A stretch of 48,370 bases of DNA, the filler included, from Catajapyx aquilonaris (taxonomy: Eukaryota): the NCBI GenBank assembly GCA_000934665.2. It is 2 parts of 2 records of this genome, joined end to end, with 100 filler letters (N's around TTAATTAATTAA, not from the genome) between each part and the next. Parts side by side here need not be neighbours in the genome. Positions count along the whole stretch, not along the records: positions 1 to 29,316 come from JYFJ02006568.1; positions 29,417 to 48,370 come from JYFJ02006569.1. One strand, given 5' to 3'. Shown here piece by piece: positions 24,780-35,475 of the stretch; positions within the stretch are counted from its first letter, which is position 1; every line of letters starts with the position of its first letter. The position numbers were made by a program, and so were the translations under genes. The notes below the pieces were generated by a model, which worked only from the letters and a program-made list of their open reading frames with translations, had not been told where the DNA came from and made no database searches.

Positions 24780-26052
24780 TGTGGAACCTCTCGTGCCCTC
24801 CAGGTCTGGGTGCCAATGAACGACAGTGGAGCGGTCCGTCTCATTTGCCTGGCCCTGGCACTGGGGAGGGTTCTTGACAGAGGCCTCAATAACAGGCTGA
24901 TGTTCTGGGTGGAGACTCAGGGGGTGCTGGATGACTACCAGTTTGGTTTCCGACCGCGGCGAGGAGTGGTGGAGGCGGTGGAATGTCTGACAGACAGAAT
25001 ATGAGAGGTCTGGTCGTGGAAAGAACACTGCTTGCTGATTACCTTGGATGTCCATAATGCGTTCAACAGCATTCTGCATGGTAAGCTGATGAGGTGTCTG
25101 CTGGAGAAGGACTGTCCCCATTGTCTGGCGAGGATGGTGGAGAGCTTCCTGGGCCCGAGGGAGATGATTCTGCCAGACTACAGCTTCACCATGACGAGGG
25201 GCTGCCCCCAAGGTTCCAGCATGGGCCCCACTCTGTGGAATCTAGGGATGGCTTCCTGGTTCAGGATTGTCCGGATGGTGGGAGGTGCCATGGGGGATCC
25301 CCAGGTCTTTGCAGATGACCAAGTGCTGTTGGTGAGAGGCCAGTCGCGGGAGAAAATAGAGGGGGAGTAGAGGCGGCTGAAGCCGAGACTGGGGGAATGG
25401 GCCCGGGACCTGGGTCTACGCTACAACACCGAGAAGGCGGAGACCCTGTTCCTTCCCCACCATGTGTTAGTCAGGAACCCCGTGGTAGAGTTCGGGGAAG
25501 GTGGATCTACGTGGGACAGCTGGGCCACACAGTCTGGGTTCTGGGTTTGCACCTAGATTCCTGGTTGACTTGGGTCCTGCACTCTCGCCTGGTGCGGGAT
25601 AAAGTCAGAGGGCTGGCGGCCAGAATTTGGAGAGTGGCAGGGTACCGCTGGGGGATGACACCAAGCAGCAGGAGGCAGGTGCTCAGGGTGGCCATCCTCC
25701 CCATGTTGCTGTTTGGGGCGGAAGTCTGGGACAGGGGCCACAGACAGGAGAATCCGTTCCAGTCTCCAGGCAGCCATCAGGCCGATGCTACTGGCTACCA
25801 TGAGAACCTACCGGACTACCTCCAACACGCTCCTGAATGTCTTAGCCGGAAACGTCCCGCCTAACCTTCAGGCGTGGGTGAGGTACGAAGTTCGCTGCAT
25901 GTATCGGATGAGGGAAACTGAGGGCCTGGCTGTTAGAAGCCGCGAGCTGCGGCACTTGGTTCCTCCCTGGAACTGGGGACGTTTGGACGACGAGATATGG
26001 GATGTGGTCACGACTGGACTGGAAGTGTCGATTTTTACTGATGGCTCTGTCA
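24780..26052 (+). mobile_element. Degenerate LINE reverse transcriptase with the start of RNase H (R1/LOA-like clade)
   Basis: Motifs in order: QFGFRP, LDVHNAFNS, GCPQGSSMGPTLWN, FADD, LGLHLD..LTW, LFGAEVW, YRTTS..L.VLAG..P, IFTDGS; stops and frameshifts present. Confidence 0.92.
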
Positions 26053-26429
26053 CCAGTGGCGGATGGCCTCTTTCACTTCCTCCATGTTGCTGAAGTGCTG
26101 ATCAGCCAGGTGCCTCTTTTTTGGTCCAAGATATGGTAGACAATGGTTAGGACCATCATTTTGTACCAATAAAGAGGCACCTGGTTGATCAGCGCTTCAG
26201 CAACATGGAGGAAGTGAAAGAGGCCATCCGCCACTGGCTTCCCAGCCAGCCTGATTCTTTTCTCTGCTGTGCCATGGAAAAAGTGTTCTGGTGGGACAAG
26301 TGTACTAAAGTGTGTGGTGACTGTCTCTAATATTAGAGGAAGACTTGTGCTTTCATATGTCGGTTTCAGTTTCTGTTGTGAAGCTTCAGAAATAAAAAAA
26401 GCTGTGAATTACTTTTCGATTTGCCCTCG
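26053..26429. mobile_element. Left-truncated palindromic mariner derivative
   Basis: Inverted copies of the transposase 3' end around the loop ATGGTAGACAATGGTTAGGACCAT; ends ...GCCCTCG-TA; same family as 47274-48022. Confidence 0.85.
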
Positions 26430-26449
26430 TACATATCCTGTGAAATGAC

Positions 26450-26450
<1 letters not shown>

Positions 26451-26515
<65 letters not shown>

Positions 26516-26834
26516 CTCGGTAGTGCTTCACCTCCTTAAGAGGTATGTACCACGGACCTTTATACCGTTGTAGTACGAAACCTTGAACGAAGCATCTGGG
26601 CTCACAGGCAGGGTGACTGGGAGGGGATGTGCAATGTGCAGTGCAATATCTCAATAAGTGTATATTTTGAGAACTCCCCCGGGTGGATTAGTCTGTCAGA
26701 GATTCCACCCGAGACGAAGCCAGAGACAACCCAACTCTGCACGACATGAAGGGGCGAGACCTTGGGCTGGGATTGAACCCAGGAGCCTTCCATCCGTGGG
26801 TGCATACGTTACTGCAGCGCCACTCCGCCTCCCC
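26451..26834 (-). mobile_element. tRNA-derived SINE, copy 3, with long (TTA)n tail
   Basis: Diverged head and core; 10-bp TSD TGAAATGACA at 26441-26450 and 26835-26844. Confidence 0.88.
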
Positions 26835-28406
26835 TGAAATGACATTGCACGGACACTTTCTTCCCGTCAAATGCACCGTCTAAAGTATCTCCTGGCACCA
26901 GAAATAAGAACATCGATCTTCCCAACCAAAATGATCAACTAAACCAACAAATTCAATATGGGGACTCCCGACCCAAATGTCAAATATCTCTCCTCTTTCT
27001 TCAGTCCCAAAACAATCAAATCAAAATAATCAGATGTATTTGGGACTCCCAACCCAACACAACACAAGACAATCAAAACCAACGTAATGCTTCTCTGCCT
27101 TCTGGATTCCTGTCGTACCAACTCATCGGCACCAGACTGTTCTCACCATCGATTGACATGCGGCAACCGCAGGTCGAGGGCCACACTCTGATGTCGACCT
27201 GTTGCTCCTCCAACACACGTGGGGCAGCACCACTATGATCAGTTATGTCAGGTCCACTGTAGATGACGCCAACTCCGTCCCCAAGTAACAGCTTTGCCGG
27301 AGGTCCAGCTCCGAGGCCAGCAACCAGTGGGGAGAGGACCTGGGATGTTCTTCTCAGTTCCCCGTTTAGCAACTGCCCGTTCGAAGGTCTCCTCCAGTAG
27401 TCGATCGGGGCATCCCGCCTCAGCCTCCATGGAAGAGGCAGCACCTCTTCTTTTTTTCCGGACTTCAGCTCAAGCCAGATACAAAACAGGGAGTGATATT
27501 TGGGAGCGAAGGGACAGCCCAGGAAAGGTCGGGTCTTCCCATGATGCAATGGGTCAGGAAGAGAAGCCAGTTGCAACATCGTATCAGTGGTCAAGGCAAA
27601 AGGCCTTGGCCCCTTGTGGGATCATCAGGAGGGTTATGCGAAAGGCAACAGCCCATTAGAAGCCTTTTCCTACTAGTTACATTGTACTGTGACAGGGAGG
27701 CATGTAGTCCGCAGGCACTGACTGTCAATTGTCACTACTAGGCACTGGTAAAGCTGTCCAGAACTGGCTTGTAAAAAGCGCCTAACAGAACGACGAAAAT
27801 TCCACTGTAAGCAGTACCGCTAAAAGCGCCTACGCAGTAACCAACTAATCAGTGAATAGGCTCTACTAGTGGAAAGACGAAAATTCTACCATTAGATTGC
27901 CTACAAAAAGCATGCCAGTGAAATCCAACATTTTTTGAGACTCCAAACAAAAGATGAGAATTTTCAAACTTTGAAACTAGCAGGGCCACAACCTCATTCA
28001 TTGCAAAAAGAGTAGTCAAATCAACAATGGAGACATGCCTAGCTGGGCAGTGGGGGCTATTTGTCACCTTCTACAGCCGTGTCGAATACTTTATTTGCTG
28101 TCCGATGTGACATTTGGACCAAATTGCACACGTCTGGCTGTCTGCTACTTCATTATCTACTTCATATCTTATGACGAGTCATAAAAAAGTGTCCTGTAGG
28201 CACTATGTGTGTAAAGCAGCTTTAGGGAGTGGTAGGCAGGCTTTAGTTCACAGGCTCTTTGATGGTCCCACAGGTGCTGCAGGCCTGTGGTATAATGATT
28301 TTTTTTTTGTTCAGGTCTATTTTGCTGCTTTGTCTTGTATAAACATTTCATGTTGATACCTCTGTCCCCTTATGTCATTTATATTTCTTTCTTACTGGAA
28401 ATACAG

Positions 28407-28560
28407 GTGTAGGTGTGACAAAGCAAGACTTAGAACGTCTCTTTGACAAGTATGGCCCGATGAAGGAGATTTGGCTGGCAAGGTCTCCTCCTTGCTTTGC
28501 ATTTGTTGTCTACCGCTACAAGGACGATGCAGAGGAGGCTATGAGGGCCACAGACGGGAT
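28407..28560 (+). CDS. Next exon of the RRM protein (RNP1); remainder not found before the gap
   Basis: tacag acceptor and AT/gtaagt donor. Peptide SVGVTKQDLERLFDKYGPMKEIWLARSPPCFAFVVYRYKDDAEEAMRATDG resembles the SRSF3/7 WVARNPPGFAFV motif. Confidence 0.9.
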
Positions 28561-28651
28561 GTAAGTTGCACTTTCTTGATCCTTATTAATATGATACCCC
28601 ATGAGAGGATGTCTGTTAACTTATCTGCCCCTGTTACAAATTTTAAATTAT

Positions 28652-29007
28652 GGGGAGACGGAGTGGCGCTCCGGTAACGTACGCGCCCACGGATGTTAAG
28701 GTCCCGGGTTCGAACCCAACCCGGGGATACCTCCTTCATCTCGTGCAGAGTTCTCGGGTCGTCTCTGGCTTCGTTGCAGGTGGTATTTCCGACAGACTAA
28801 ACCACCCGGGGGAGCTCACAAAATGACCTTACTAGTCGATGCACTGCACCTTGCACATCCCAGTCCCCCTGCCCGTAGGCCCGGGCGCTTCTAACATCGC
28901 CTCCCCGAATACCCCGTAAGGGGTGGCAAGGGGTATTACAATAATAATAATAGGCTAATAATGATAATAATGATGATGATGATAATAATAATAATAATAA
29001 TAATAAT
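28652..29007 (+). mobile_element. tRNA-derived SINE, copy 4
   Basis: GGGGAGACGGAGTGGCGCTCCGGTAACG...GGTTCGAACCC head, shared core, (AAT/GAT)n tail, short AAATTA flanking duplication. Confidence 0.9.
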
Positions 29008-29316
29008 AAAATTACAGTCAATTTTAGCATTTTTAATGGGGTGCTCAATTTGACAGGTTAATGATGCCTGACGCATTCACAAATCAGATATTGCAACTCC
29101 ATTTCTGTTTTGTTTGTTTTCATATTTTCTTCACTTGTTTGGATTTGCAAGTGGGTCATTCCACGGTAACTGATGGGACAAAATTAATGGGTTTTGCCTT
29201 TTCAAATATAAATTGTGTAGTAGGGTGGTCCAAAAATGACGAAAGTTTGAAAAGTCAGCAACGATTGTCATGAAAAGTTTCCTTTTGACAAAAAAAGGAC
29301 TTTTGCAAAATATAGG

Positions 29317-29416
29317 NNNNNNNNNNNNNNNNNNNNNNNNNNNNNNNNNNNNNNNNNNNNTTAATTAATTAANNNNNNNNNNNNNNNNNNNNNNNNNNNN
29401 NNNNNNNNNNNNNNNN
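29317..29416. other. Assembly gap / artificial contig linker
   Basis: 44 N + TTAATTAATTAA (stops in all six frames) + 44 N = exactly 100 bp. Confidence 0.97.
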
Positions 29417-29778
29417 AGTACAAGGTTGGAAATAAAGGGGACTCCAGACAAGATGGCTGACCGAGTTGGACGTGTTTCACTAGGGGGGCTAAGTAAAAGA
29501 CTCGAATAAAACAGCTTCTATTGTGCTTCACACTAATAATAATATATTATACAAGACGTACTAGAGTTAGCCTTGTCTTGCCTGCCTTATGATGCTAGGA
29601 GGCTATCTTTATTCACAACCCCCGGAACTGACATGTGCGAAGCTAGACTGGAAAGTGCGTTGTCAGTATTTTACTTCTAGCTGAACAAATACAGCAGTTG
29701 TAAAAAGCAATAAACGAATTTGTTTCAAAATTATACAGTGTTGCTTTCAGCTTCTATGAGTTGTACTGTAGCCTATTA

Positions 29779-30136
29779 GGGGTCGTGCAAATACCACGTG
29801 ACCGTTTTGGGGGGAGGGGGTGGGGGGTCGGCGACATGGTCTCTGAACATGGTGAATGGACACATTTGGGAGCTTTTACAGATGCACATGTGTTCAAAAT
29901 AACCTAAAATTCGAAATCAGCGACCCCGAAACATGGGGAGACGTGTTTTTTACGTGCTTAAACAGTTTAGTCGAGGATCTATCCTTTTCGATCGCGTTTT
30001 TTCTGATAAAATTGACATTGAAAAAAAAACACGTGAAAAGGGGGGGGAGGGGGGGTTCCAATGAATACCACNGGGGGGGGGGGAGGGGGTGTCAAAAAGT
30101 GGCCTAAAATCGGTCACGTGGTATTTGCACGACCCC
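29779..30136. mobile_element. PIF/Harbinger-like MITE
   Basis: TTA TSD; perfect 26-bp TIR GGGGTCGTGCAAATACCACGTGACCG. Confidence 0.9.
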
Positions 30137-30551
30137 TTACCTGAGTGATTATTTGGTATAGGTGCAGCATGTGATGTCGCCATGTAAACACTGAAGATTC
30201 TGCACAATTTTGGTATACAAAATAATAAAAGTGTGAATGCTAAAGTGCATACAATGTTATTTATACTACATTTTAAAATTATCTTCAGCAATATTTATGG
30301 CCGGTTGTATCAACGTGAGTTAAATTAGGAGAAAATCAGAAGTTTCAAAACCGGAGGTTTTCAGAAAACTGCGACATGCGTTGTATCAACACATCTCGGG
30401 TTAACTTAACATGTGATTTGAAAAGTAGCGCAATTACAACAAGGCATTCTAAATCCATCCGCTGCGGTAGCCCATTTTCTGGAAATGTCACGTGACGTGT
30501 ACGTCACACAACCAAATGTCACGGGACCCGACAAATCAAGGGGGTAATCAC

Positions 30552-30730
30552 TTCGGTACTCCGGTGTACACCTGCAGTGGTACTCTTCGGTACTCCTTTG
30601 GTACTCCTCGGTACTCCCTCGGTACTCCCAAGTACTCCTCGGTACTCCTCGGTACTCCCGCAGGTACTCCCAGGTACTGTACTCCTCGGTACTCCTTGGT
30701 ACTCCTTGAATTTGGTACTCCGGTGTACAC
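30552..30730. repeat. ~10-bp GGTACTCCTC minisatellite
   Basis: Many tandem GTACTCC variants bounded by two GGTACTCCGGTGTACAC copies; explains the repetitive ORFs here. Confidence 0.9.
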
Positions 30731-31092
30731 TTTTCAGTCGAGTGATTACCCACTTGCGACAAACATTACGGCCCCCCACAGAGAGCCGCCATCTTTAATT
30801 CGAACGTCGGGGGGGTTATTCACCCCCATAGGCAGTGCTCTCGTCGCCCGCCAAAAAAAATAACAAAAAAAATCTGTTTTGCCCCTGACCCTTGCCGGCC
30901 TTTTTCTGGGGGCGGTTTCGCCCCGGTGTCGTACCCAGTGTACTCCCGGTCCTTTGTGCAGTCCCCGGCAACAATTTTAGGAGTATTCTGTGCATATTCA
31001 CCTGATAATACGCTCAGCATCAAGAACGACTAGATGAGTCGAGATACGGCCGCGTTCGAACGAGAAAACCGTAGGTTTTCACTACATAAGGT

Positions 31093-31364
31093 TGCCGCTT
31101 CAAAGGGTACACCGTTATCCACTTAGAACTCGCTTTAATGCTGGTTCAAATACAGTACAGACAGTACTTACAAGCAGAAGACAGTCCTCGAACCTTTGGA
31201 ACTTTCGGTACACCGGAACACCTCTCTCCTCTGCCTGCCTCCCTCTTCTCCCAGGACCGCCGTACAGGGGTGCCAACTGCACACCCCAAGGGGGCCAACG
31301 ATCCAGGAGGGGAAAAGGAAGGCGGGCAGATTCAAACAGCCAGCCAACCAAACATGCCGTAGCA
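31093..31364 (-). mobile_element. Solo LTR (Ty3/gypsy-like)
   Basis: TG...CA termini, 4-bp TSD AGGT on both sides, minus-strand ATTAAA near the distal end. Confidence 0.65.
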
Positions 31365-31618
31365 AGGTTTTTCCTCCTTTAAAATCGGGATGTTTGTGTT
31401 CACCCAAGATTTAACTGCAGGTTTGCGCAAACTCGCGGTGATACAACGAGTTTTTCGTTAATCACGGATTTTCCGCCTAGTAACCACATGTTTAGAGAAA
31501 ACTTGCGTTGATACAACCGGCCTTTAAAATAAGTTAACTTATAGCAAAATAGAGTGTGCTCACTTTCTCCCGAAGTTGTAATTTTTGTGTAGTTTTTTTG
31601 ACGAGTTGCTAAATAATA

Positions 31619-32280
31619 CAGGGTGTTTCATAATTCACCCGACGAACTTTACATACATTTTACATAATATGCATGTAGCCTAGGTGTCGTAGGTATGCGC
31701 AGCCTAGTTTGCGAGATAATGGGGGTATTTATCATATTGTAGTATAACATGTCCTGCAAGGTTTGCATTATAGAACACGCAAGGGAGCATCCGAAATCAT
31801 GCGTTCTCGACCTATGGCTGGAACAGGTGATGCCGATTCGCGTCGTAAATGAAAACTGCACAGTAACAATTTCATATTAAATAATGGCCATCATCGCCAG
31901 AGTAATGATGATAAGAGTAAGATATATAGGTGTATAGGTGACAAAAAATTATCACGTGCGTCACAAGAGCACTATAAAACACAATAAAATTAGAATTAAT
32001 GAACTAGGTAAGAGAATAAGCTCTTTGTCACTTTCCACTGGTTCCTTGTATAAACGTGGCTCTTCGCATGTTCCCACACAAAAAATCTAGAGGAGTGAGA
32101 CCAGGTGATCGTTGGAATCCAAGTGACCCGATCCATCTGTCCCCACTCCCCAGTTTCAGCTACAGGTGTTCTTGAGCTCCAGAACCATATGAGCAGGTGC
32201 ACCGTCATGCTGGAACCACATCTCGAGTGGCACTTCTTCCAAGAGTTCCGGAAATGTGTTTTGCAGGAATCACCCTGTAG
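31619..32280 (-). mobile_element. Degenerate Tc1/mariner (DD37D-like) 3' portion
   Basis: TA-CAGGGTG terminus; minus-strand FLQNTFPELLEEVPLEMWFQHDGAPAH and FFVWEHAKSHVY. Confidence 0.8.
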
Positions 32281-35200
32281 TATACACCGTATGGAAAAAA
32301 GGCTGCTTAATGGTGTATGTGAGTCATTTGGACTTAGTGGATTTTCCCTGTATGATTACGATATATGGTATACGTACTTTTGAAAAACGAGTAAAAAAAG
32401 GTGTCACAAGTTGATACACCAAAGAATTGAATATATTTTGCCACAGTGTGCATTTCACGATGTGATAAGTCACCAGACATCTCAATAATTAGCCTTGATT
32501 CTAAATAGTGTACGAGTATGTTATTGGTCATTCACATCAACATTTTTGTACATATTAAACATAAAATAATTAACAATATTACCAATGCTCTACATGGACT
32601 TGGCAGAGTGATGTCGACAACCCTCATGCATGAGATAGCACGTCACGCAAACGTCGAATTACTTATCAATTTGCTGCATAAAGTAACATTGATAATAATT
32701 ATTATTGATAATATTGAAACCCTTTCTACTTCTGCGTAATATATCGCACCTGGTTCTGGAAACCATTAATAAGGGTATATCTCATTCGTGAGCAACATAA
32801 TTTCATACAGTTTTAGTCTTACATACTTATTGCTGCATGAACAGATTATTTTGACAACCTATGAAAATAATGTGCAGGTATTAATTTCACGTACAGTATT
32901 AACTTACTTTAAAATGTAAATTTCTATAAGATATTACAGTACATACATAACTACTGCACCAGAATAAGCCTAATTCACAGTTTTCTCCCCCTGTCTCTCT
33001 CCACGTGTCCACGGTTACTTCATTCTTACCCACAATATAGGTGGGACCTTTAAGGTAGTTTGTAGTTAGAAATGGCATCCAAAACTAATGATACTAAAGC
33101 TAGTAATTGAAAGGATACATTTCCGCCTTCCAGTGACTTAAAAAGAAATGACGGACTAAAGAGAAGTAAATTTTTTTACAAACCCCAAGGAGATTGGTCC
33201 TCCATCAGTCACGGCTTCCCCTGGTAATTACAATCACAATATGATAACACAAAACATAAATGAGTTTTCTACAGACGTCGGCAAAGAATTTTTGAACTTG
33301 ACATCGCAACATAGAGATAAAACAGCGGGAGGGAAAACATCAAAATACTTATAACGCATCGATGCGGTGTATAGAGAAAAAGTTTTTGCAGATAACATGA
33401 TAGGCTCCTTTTCATTTTCAATTTTTCCTTGCAGGTGATATTTTCTTCAGGTGTAAGATTTAAAACGTAACCTTTTATGTCCAGTTTTTGTGAGCCATTA
33501 TGTACGTATGTTAATGAGAGATTATATCGTATATTCAAATGGTTTTCTGGTGTTAGTGTTCTATATTACATAAGTATAATTATGTATACTCTATATAAAT
33601 AGATAATTTATTAAAATCCGTCAGGTCCTTTTGCATAGAAAGTCAGTCAAAATGCGAGCTAAGGAGAAAAATTATGTTAAAAATTATTTGATTTAAAATA
33701 AATATTCTCCCCTTTGCTTTGCAAGAATTGCCATTAGCATTGTCACTTTGACGACTACTTTTCTTCTGGAAATGTTAACCAGTAGTTTAACAATGTTTTG
33801 CATATTTGAAAGAGAGTAAGAAAATGAGTTATAATATACGATCCTTAACACTCTACTCTACATCAACGTCTCCCCATGGTCAAATCATTCTTTTCCAAGA
33901 AATAATGATTTATCGATTTCTAATGTCACAGGACAAGGAGAGGATTAGGCCCAAACGGAACCTATATAGGTCATAGGTCCGTGATAAATCAAGCGCAGTG
34001 GACTTAATGATCATGTAATGGCAATTTGCCCCATTAAATGCTCAACAAAACACATTACCCACATCCCTGACCATGCATCTGCTTCTCAACACACTCTGAC
34101 ATATGCTTCGAATCCCTCTTCCTTTCCCATGTTGCATCCAAAACATCAATCAAATAATACCTCTTCACAATCATGAATCAATCCATACATTACTCATTTA
34201 TTTGCAACAATAGACTCCAAAAATAAAGAACACTTGATGATGCAATAATGGGGGAGGATAGGTCGTACAAACTCACTGAGCATCACAGTTCAAATTGCGT
34301 TCAACATTTCCCCAAAATACAGAATACCTGATGATGTAACAATGGGAAGAATAGGACATGCAACTACTGAACCTCACACTTGACGTGCGTTCAACCTGCC
34401 TCCAAATCCCTCAACAATGAACCCTGAACACCGGTTCAACAATACCATCAGCAACGGGGACTCCCAAACCCAATATAACACTGAGTACTTAAATGCCATG
34501 CCAGTATCAGCAGCTCCTCTGGACACTCTCGCATCATGAAGCTCAAAGGGAGTGAGTCCCAAAACAAAAGGGGCTCAGGCAAGGTCAGCTAACTAGGTCT
34601 GCGTGGAGGGAAGGCAATGGCCCCTGCCTCATCATCGCATTCAACTGTGACATCTAACTAAAAATCGCGATGGACTTTATACTTGACGTTGTATTATTGA
34701 CTGCGTCAATGAACGTCACATTATGTAGTGAGCATGATTTTGCAAGACCATACTGTACTCGTAATTCGGCCCTTCCGGGCATCTCCATGGCATTACTTCT
34801 GAGAAATCTGTACTCGCTTCGGCGGTACATATACTAAGTTGGAACTTCTGAGAAATGGTGTGCCTTGAGTGGTAACTATTGTCCTGTAACTATATATTAC
34901 TAAAAATATGTTAGTAGTGTGGGTGGCTCACAAATTTGATTCCAATGATTTTTGTGATGTCGATCAGGTGGACTAGGGAAAAATGTGACTCATCCTCTCA
35001 GAATTGACAACAAAATACTGTGGGCAAGTCGTGGCACCTGACAACTACTACGAACACGCGGTAAGTTGCTTGATCATTTTGTAAAATATAATTCTGATTT
35101 ATTCTGCGCAATGACCCAAACATGTTTGTATAATTTAGTTCATAACTACCTGTATTTCAATTTTATTGTTTTAGGTTTTCGCTCGTAAGCCAAAAGTCTG

Positions 35201-35397
35201 ATATGTTCTACACTGAGGACAATTTTTTTCAATTTCAAGGGTTTGCAGAAACTGAAACCTATCGGTCGCTATTACTTATGCTATAATAATGGAAGGAAAA
35301 GAAATTTCTTCAGATACAATCTTGGGGCTGACGGATCACCACATATTTACCATTCATGGCCTACTTACTGTTAGTGAATGAAAAGCGCGTGAACACA

Positions 35398-35475
35398 TCG
35401 TCGGGTGAGAATTACATGGTTGTAACTACACAGGATTTTCATTGCAGTTACAACCATGTAATTCTCACCCGACGA
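35398..35475. repeat. Perfect 30-bp stem hairpin
   Basis: TCGTCGGGTGAGAATTACATGGTTGTAACT, an 18-nt loop, then the exact reverse complement. Confidence 0.9.

Larger units (their letters stand above)
30298..31523. mobile_element. Harbinger-like non-autonomous element with nested inserts
   Basis: TTA flanks; TIR GGCCGGTTGTATCAACG / CGTTGATACAACCGGCC; subterminal GTTGTATCAAC-type repeats. Confidence 0.8.

Noticed and set aside
28652..28730. tRNA gene
   Set aside because: A and B boxes are present but there is no proper cloverleaf; it continues into the SINE core and tail found in four copies.
29430..29700. LINE 5' end or promoter (AAGATGGC motif)
   Set aside because: A single short motif next to the gap, with no ORF following.
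30406..30863. Repetitive ORFs (STEEY/GVPR/GTPRY)
   Set aside because: Products of a 10-bp minisatellite that is open in several frames.
33900..34600. Possible minus-strand LINE C-terminal remnant
   Set aside because: Only vague Cys/His and Trp patterns across broken frames; not enough to call.
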